From an uncultured Gammaproteobacteria bacterium (lineage in GTDB: Bacteria; Patescibacteriota; Microgenomatia; Levybacterales; GWA1-39-11): a stretch of 64,000 bases of DNA. The stretch's first letter is position 1; each line of letters starts with the position of its first letter. The position numbers and the translations under genes were made by a program. The notes beneath the pieces were generated by a model that was given only the letters and a program-made list of their open reading frames with translations, did no database searches and was not told where the DNA came from. Shown in pieces: positions 59,639-64,000 of the stretch. The stretch covers positions 52,531 to 116,530 of the forward strand of contig CAZYWG010000003.1 in assembly GCA_964651815.1 (NCBI GenBank), in the 5' to 3' direction.

Positions 59639-60589
59639 TTATTTTTTCTTTCTTAACAATGTAAGAAAGTGACGTTTGTGTTCTGCTTCCCTTACTATTT
59701 GAGCAATATCGATCGATTTTCCCACATCTCCTCTACCGGCTGCAAAAAGTGCCGGTCCAATTTCCGCTCTTCTTTCTCGCGAAAGCTCTTTGAGCACAGG
59801 ATAGTTTTGCACTGCATCAAAAACTTCCTGTACCTTGCCTTTGTCACCGTAAAAGTTTGTAAGTATGTTTATTACGCGAGGATCTGCGTGCATGCCAATC
59901 AAAAATGCAGCGGATTGTTCGCTAAAATCACTATCTAAAAGAAATCTCCTTATTGATTCATAAGATCTAAAATCAAGAGGTATTTCATATTTTGGAAAAC
60001 TATCAAGTTCCTCTCTGTGTTGTTCGCGAAGATCTTTGTTTACAAATTCTTGCGCCCAGCCTTCATCGTGAGTTGTAACAGCAATTGGGACAGACAAGTT
60101 AACAGCCGCGTCAATTATTTCACTTGTTCTAATTCGTTGTGTAGCAAGAGGGATTGTCCTATGTCTGCTCGAACCCATAAATAAATAGTCAAAGCTGTCA
60201 AAAAAAACGGCGACTTTCAAGCGATCAGCTGAACGTAATGCGTCAGTTACTACGCCGTATGGTACTTCTTGGTGATGTCCATCGATAAAAACATAACCCC
60301 ACCCTTCTTTTTGACAAATCTCGGAAAGTCCAAAGAGAATTGTTCCTTTACCACTTTGGGGTTCACCAATAACGTTTACTTTTCCATGTTCAAATAAAAG
60401 TTGTGCTGCTTCAACTGTTTCTTCAGGTCTCCAAACCTTCATTTCATCTCTGAGTTGGTTTGCGGTTACTTCTTTATACATTCTAGCCACAACTGACCTA
60501 TCGGGAAGGGGATTTCCTCTAAAGAATTTTATTCCATTGTAGCTTGCGGTTCTCTCATTTCTAGGAGTTCCGGTTTCATTTATAGTCAT
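59639..60589 (-). CDS. P-loop NTPase of unknown function (RecA/KaiC-like Walker A/B)
   Basis: 316 aa; Walker A GEPQSGKGT, Walker-B-like VAVFFDSFD; no other recognisable domain. Confidence 0.5.
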   Translation of the reverse strand: MTINETGTPRNERTASYNGIKFFRGNPLPDRSVVARMYKEVTANQLRDEMKVWRPEETVEAAQLLFEHGKVNVIGEPQSGKGTILFGLSEICQKEGWGYVFIDGHHQEVPYGVVTDALRSADRLKVAVFFDSFDYLFMGSSRHRTIPLATQRIRTSEIIDAAVNLSVPIAVTTHDEGWAQEFVNKDLREQHREELDSFPKYEIPLDFRSYESIRRFLLDSDFSEQSAAFLIGMHADPRVINILTNFYGDKGKVQEVFDAVQNYPVLKELSRERRAEIGPALFAAGRGDVGKSIDIAQIVREAEHKRHFLTLLRKKK

Positions 60590-60598
60590 AATTATTGC

Positions 60599-61681
60599 CT
60601 ACATGTTTGTGGAAGTTGAAAAACTTGTTCCTTTAAAATCTTTATAGCTCGAATAATCAACATTCCACGCATCTCCCTCAGGAAGAGGGATTTTCCCATA
60701 TCCTCCAGGCACGTCAATTACAAAACGAGCTGTGGCTGCAACTCCCGAAAGTCTGGGCCGCAAACTTTTCCAAATATCAACACTCTCTTCCAGAGGCACA
60801 GTGAAATGTCTTGCCCAATACACAGGGTCATTTTGATACAGATAGTAAGGGACAATTCCCTCTTTTGCAAGCTTTGAAAACAAATCAGCCAGAATGTCAA
60901 CGGAATCATTTACTCCTTTCAAAAGTACAGATTGACTCATAACCACCGCGCCCGATTCCCTCCTGAATCGTTTTAAAACATCCTTTGTATCGTCCGTGAG
61001 TTCCGCAGGATGGTTTATGTGAACCATAAGCCTGGGGTTCTCAAGTTTTGAAACCGCCTCAAAGTGTGCCTCTTTAATTGCCTTAGGATTATGTACTGGC
61101 AAACGTGTTCCTATACGGACAATATCTAATTTTCCATCTTTTTGCATTTCTCCTAAATTGCTTAGCGCGTAGTTTAGGACGTCGGGCCGTACAGTTAATG
61201 GGTCCCCGCCGGATAAAATTACCTCGTTTAATCCAGGCTCTTGTCTTATAAAGGAAAGTGTGGTGTCCATGTCCTCTTTGGTCAAACTAGGATTGTGGGC
61301 AAGAAAACCGCTACCTTGGCCGTCATGTCCTTTTGCAATACCCACTTCTCTACCTCTTGTGCAGAATCTGCAATATGCTGCACAGCCACGAGTAATAGTC
61401 CATAAAGCTCTTCCATTATCTTTTCCACTTGCTGTATATTTATAGACTAATCCTGGAGCTACTTCGTGTTCGTCTTCCATCAGAGGGTCGCTCGATTCCA
61501 TATCATATTTGGCACTTTCTAATTCGGGCTGTGCCACAAACTGAATTCCTATTGGTCCTCTAACCCCACCGGTTGATGCAATAAGGCTCTGAAGGTGTAC
61601 AGGAATTACCTCCGGTAGTCCACCGGATGGAAGAGTGACATCTGCCCCTCTTGGTACGAATGGCCGTGTTTCGCTGCTCAT
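60599..61681 (-). CDS. KamA-family radical SAM aminomutase-like protein (lysine 2,3-aminomutase / EpmB family)
   Basis: 360 aa; radical-SAM cluster motif CAAYCRFCTRG (cf. KamA CxxYCRxCTR), followed by the LSGGDPL SAM-binding motif and a PLP-region-like sequence. Confidence 0.8.
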   Translation of the reverse strand: MSSETRPFVPRGADVTLPSGGLPEVIPVHLQSLIASTGGVRGPIGIQFVAQPELESAKYDMESSDPLMEDEHEVAPGLVYKYTASGKDNGRALWTITRGCAAYCRFCTRGREVGIAKGHDGQGSGFLAHNPSLTKEDMDTTLSFIRQEPGLNEVILSGGDPLTVRPDVLNYALSNLGEMQKDGKLDIVRIGTRLPVHNPKAIKEAHFEAVSKLENPRLMVHINHPAELTDDTKDVLKRFRRESGAVVMSQSVLLKGVNDSVDILADLFSKLAKEGIVPYYLYQNDPVYWARHFTVPLEESVDIWKSLRPRLSGVAATARFVIDVPGGYGKIPLPEGDAWNVDYSSYKDFKGTSFSTSTNM

Positions 61682-63294
61682 AAAAATGCTACAGGCATAC
61701 TGGGAGCGTTGTAGCCGCCGTGGGTTTTTTTACCGGGACGTATAGTAACCATTACGTCCGACATTTCTATCCCGTTTTCGGTGATGTAGTAGAATGGTGT
61801 AAATCGTCCTCTAATAACTTCATTTCCCGCTTTGTATATCTTTGTTACATCTTCATCAGGAAAGTAAATTGGATGCTCCAGCGATTTTCCTTCAGCATAC
61901 TTTTGCATTACGCTAACACCGCCTGAGTCAGCTAGTAATGCATCCATTTGTTGCTTGAACCCGTTTTTACTCTTGTCCTGAGCAAAAGAAACGCTTCTTG
62001 CGCCCCAGGCGTCAGGAGCTGCTCCGGACTTTTTGATTACAAGTTCTCTATCTTTTCCTGAAAGATTTATTAAATCCTCCCATGTATTTGCGATAGGTTG
62101 AGGGGCAAGTTCTGGTGTTATTACCACCGTAGGTGGAATTAACGTTTTTAAAATGTCAATTTCTTCTTCAGTAAAATACTCTTTCCAGTGTCTATCGAAA
62201 TCAGGGTGGTGTAGAAATGCCAGAATTGCTTTTTCTTCAAGGTAAGCGTGTTGCAATGTGGGTACAACATCTATTCCGGACCCGTTTCTCATTTCATCTA
62301 GAATTGGTTCTACTCCGGCATCATATCTGGCAACAACAGCTCCCTCTTTGTTTGTCATCTCAAACCCAGGATCTATTTCGTAAGTTTCGAAAAATCTATC
62401 TATACCTACCACGGGAATTCCGGCCGGTTTTCCAGCAACAAAAATATCTCCTCCTGCTTTGCTTATTGCGTTTGATGGACGAAAAACCATCTTGCCGTTC
62501 TCCTTTAAAAGTTCACCTTCATCATTTGTCCACACGGGTACACCTTGCATTCTGCTTCTTTCAGCAAGTAGTTTAAGTTCTGGCTTGAAATCCCTGCTAT
62601 CTTCATAAGAAATAATAACTACAGCGTTATTTTCGTTGGCTCCACGTGCTTTCCACATTTTGGCATAACCTTTTTCCGAACCCTCCGGTTTAACAATCTG
62701 AGGGTCTTCAACCACATCTTTATACATAGTGCTTAAAGATGAACTTATTCCGCGACCACCAATCATTAGTTCAAGTTCGGTTAGTCTGAATCCTTCTGTG
62801 GTAAGACAAAGATCAGGCCTAAACATGCTAGAAGAATATGGCATGTCACCGGACGCATCTATGAAGTCAAGTGTAGCCTGGTTTTTCCCCCTCCTCACCA
62901 CTTCTTTAACAACATCACTTTTGCCATATAAATCTGAAGCAGCATGAACGAATCTATCTAAAAGCTTGCCCATTACACGCATTCCTTCTTGTGTAGGCTT
63001 TGGAAGGTAAAAGTAATCAGGGCTCACTCCCATCCATGGGAGTTGTCCCTCTCCGTTGCTGTAAAATAAGTGATCTTTTTTAATTTGCTCAGCAATTGCG
63101 CGCCCGTTTGTATTGTGGACTTCATTTTCAACATTTCTTTTTGGAGTTTCGATAGGTGACAAAACTCCATTTCTTATTGCACCTATCTCGTCAGGCGTTA
63201 AAGGCACAATAGGATTGCGAGAAAATTCGCCGCCACGTTGCGCTTGAAATTTTGCTTGAGCTTCTCCGTTATTAATAAATTCTGGTTTTGTCAT
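61678..63294 (-). CDS. large uncharacterised protein (possible ligase/ATP-grasp-like; unassigned)
   Basis: 538 aa soluble ORF translationally coupled (4-bp overlap) to the KamA-like gene; no motif could be assigned by eye. Confidence 0.4.
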   Translation of the reverse strand: MTKPEFINNGEAQAKFQAQRGGEFSRNPIVPLTPDEIGAIRNGVLSPIETPKRNVENEVHNTNGRAIAEQIKKDHLFYSNGEGQLPWMGVSPDYFYLPKPTQEGMRVMGKLLDRFVHAASDLYGKSDVVKEVVRRGKNQATLDFIDASGDMPYSSSMFRPDLCLTTEGFRLTELELMIGGRGISSSLSTMYKDVVEDPQIVKPEGSEKGYAKMWKARGANENNAVVIISYEDSRDFKPELKLLAERSRMQGVPVWTNDEGELLKENGKMVFRPSNAISKAGGDIFVAGKPAGIPVVGIDRFFETYEIDPGFEMTNKEGAVVARYDAGVEPILDEMRNGSGIDVVPTLQHAYLEEKAILAFLHHPDFDRHWKEYFTEEEIDILKTLIPPTVVITPELAPQPIANTWEDLINLSGKDRELVIKKSGAAPDAWGARSVSFAQDKSKNGFKQQMDALLADSGGVSVMQKYAEGKSLEHPIYFPDEDVTKIYKAGNEVIRGRFTPFYYITENGIEMSDVMVTIRPGKKTHGGYNAPSMPVAFL

Positions 63295-63302
63295 AAGTTA
63301 AA

Positions 63303-63347
63303 CACAAAAAAACCTCCCCATTTCTGTGGGAGGTTTCGTTTTTTGTC
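63303..63347. terminator. bidirectional rho-independent terminator
   Basis: AAACCTCCC-catttctgt-GGGAGGTTT hairpin flanked by A-run on the 5' side and TCGTTTTTTG on the 3' side. Sits downstream of the minus-strand 128-aa gene and upstream of the 538-aa gene. Confidence 0.55.
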
Positions 63348-63485
63348 TTAATTTGTTTTTACGATTCCTCCATAAATTACTCAGTCCAATAAAGGACGAA
63401 GCAAATAATGTGAAGGAACTTCTGATTCATAAAAGATATTTTAAACGAGACTGTGAAAATTTGTCAAGAGGGGAAAACGTATTAC

Positions 63486-63578
63486 CCAGTTTGAGTAGCG
63501 GTTGTTCGCTTGGTCGCAGCAAGTGCGACATTTCGCTCACAACAGGTCATCCAGTTTGAGTAGCTGTTGTTCGCTCAC
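63486..63578. repeat. 25-bp direct repeat CCAGTTTGAGTAGC[G/T]GTTGTTCGCT (x2) flanking a GTCGCAgcaaGTGCGAC palindrome
   Basis: Copies at 63486-63510 and 63551-63575; TTCGCTCAC also repeated (63532-40, 63570-78); the second copy encodes the last 9 aa and stop of the 128-aa ORF. Confidence 0.5.
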
Positions 63579-63933
63579 CAGATAGTCCGAAAGATGTCCC
63601 GTGTGTTTTGTAAGAGCTCCAGTATTTGCTTTGTTGTTTTTTGCTTTGGAATAATGAGCCGTACGCTGCGCCATCTTCTAGCTTGCGGGTTGCATCGCGA
63701 ATAACTGACAATACAAACTCAAAGAAATTAAGGTGGTATTTTCCGGGTTTGATAGGCGCTTTGTCGGCAGTTGCATCTTTTACAGTCATTTCAACAACCT
63801 TAGAAGTTGCAATTAGTCTTTTAATTTCCATTCGGATTTCATCAACGCTGCGCTTAATTTGCATTTCCATGTGGGTCTCGCCGGTCCCATCAGCATTCTC
63901 AACTGTTGACCTAAAGTAATTCATGTGTTCCAT
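63547..63933 (-). CDS. hypothetical protein
   Basis: 128 aa ORF, no recognisable motif; followed by the terminator at 63303-63347. Confidence 0.3.
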   Translation of the reverse strand: MEHMNYFRSTVENADGTGETHMEMQIKRSVDEIRMEIKRLIATSKVVEMTVKDATADKAPIKPGKYHLNFFEFVLSVIRDATRKLEDGAAYGSLFQSKKQQSKYWSSYKTHGTSFGLSGERTTATQTG

Positions 63934-64000
63934 TGATACTTGGGGTTTTTCTTCATTTTGTTGAGCGGGTGCCTGGTCGTGCTTTTTGGATAGTGAAACA

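Noticed and set aside
60599-61681. KamA-like gene as EpmB of the EF-P beta-lysylation pathway (efp is at 224-778)
   Set aside because: No EpmA/PoxA (class II aaRS-like, roughly 325 aa with motif 2/3) is nearby. The neighbours are a P-loop NTPase and an unassigned 538-aa protein, so the EpmAB assignment is unsupported, though not excluded.
63326-63559. 77-aa ORF on the plus strand
   Set aside because: It spans the terminator hairpin and the direct-repeat block, has low complexity and no motif; almost certainly non-coding.

Overview
This is a 64-kb window of a gene-dense, low-GC bacterial chromosome. Genes are compact and often overlap, stop codons are standard (no sign of UGA recoding), and ThrRS and PheT are shortened. 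I could not identify any pilus secretin (PilQ-like); an unrecognised divergent homolog among the membrane proteins was not excluded. These traits fit a Candidate Phyla Radiation/Patescibacteria-like or other monoderm low-GC organism, but that is inference from gene content, not a database hit.

Most of the window is housekeeping and is listed under features; start coordinates come from the ORF track and several pilin starts are uncertain. Recognisable genes include efp, yebC, pyrB, folD, gyrB-ppa-gyrA, the rpsP-KH-trmD, rnc and nusB genes, recG, purD, tyrS, a class A PBP, and the conserved thrS-infC-rpmI-rplT-pheS-pheT cluster, here interrupted by an inserted aminotransferase and a small membrane ORF. 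An rpmF gene (L32) and a tRNA-Val(GAC) are absent from the ORF track and were found by hand.

The main system is a complete type IV pilus / competence-like locus at about 21.5-37.9 kb. It has pilC-pilT-pilB on the minus strand and, divergently, ten pilin-like genes, pilD, a large GT-C/TPR membrane protein that is a candidate pilin glycosyltransferase, and pilM-pilN-pilO. Two of the pilins are tandem paralogs with near-identical 5' and 3' ends and a divergent core.

Other points worth a second look:
- A roughly 1-kb ORF-free convergent intergenic region at 8.5-9.6 kb with repeated motifs and palindromes.
- A kinase-like gene apparently frameshifted at an A5 run.
- A GH37 trehalase.
- An inverted/direct repeat block upstream of rpmF.
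- At the 3' end of the window, next to tRNA-Val, a GC-richer minus-strand cluster: P-loop NTPase, KamA-family radical SAM protein and a large uncharacterised protein. It is followed by a bidirectional terminator and 25-bp direct repeats.
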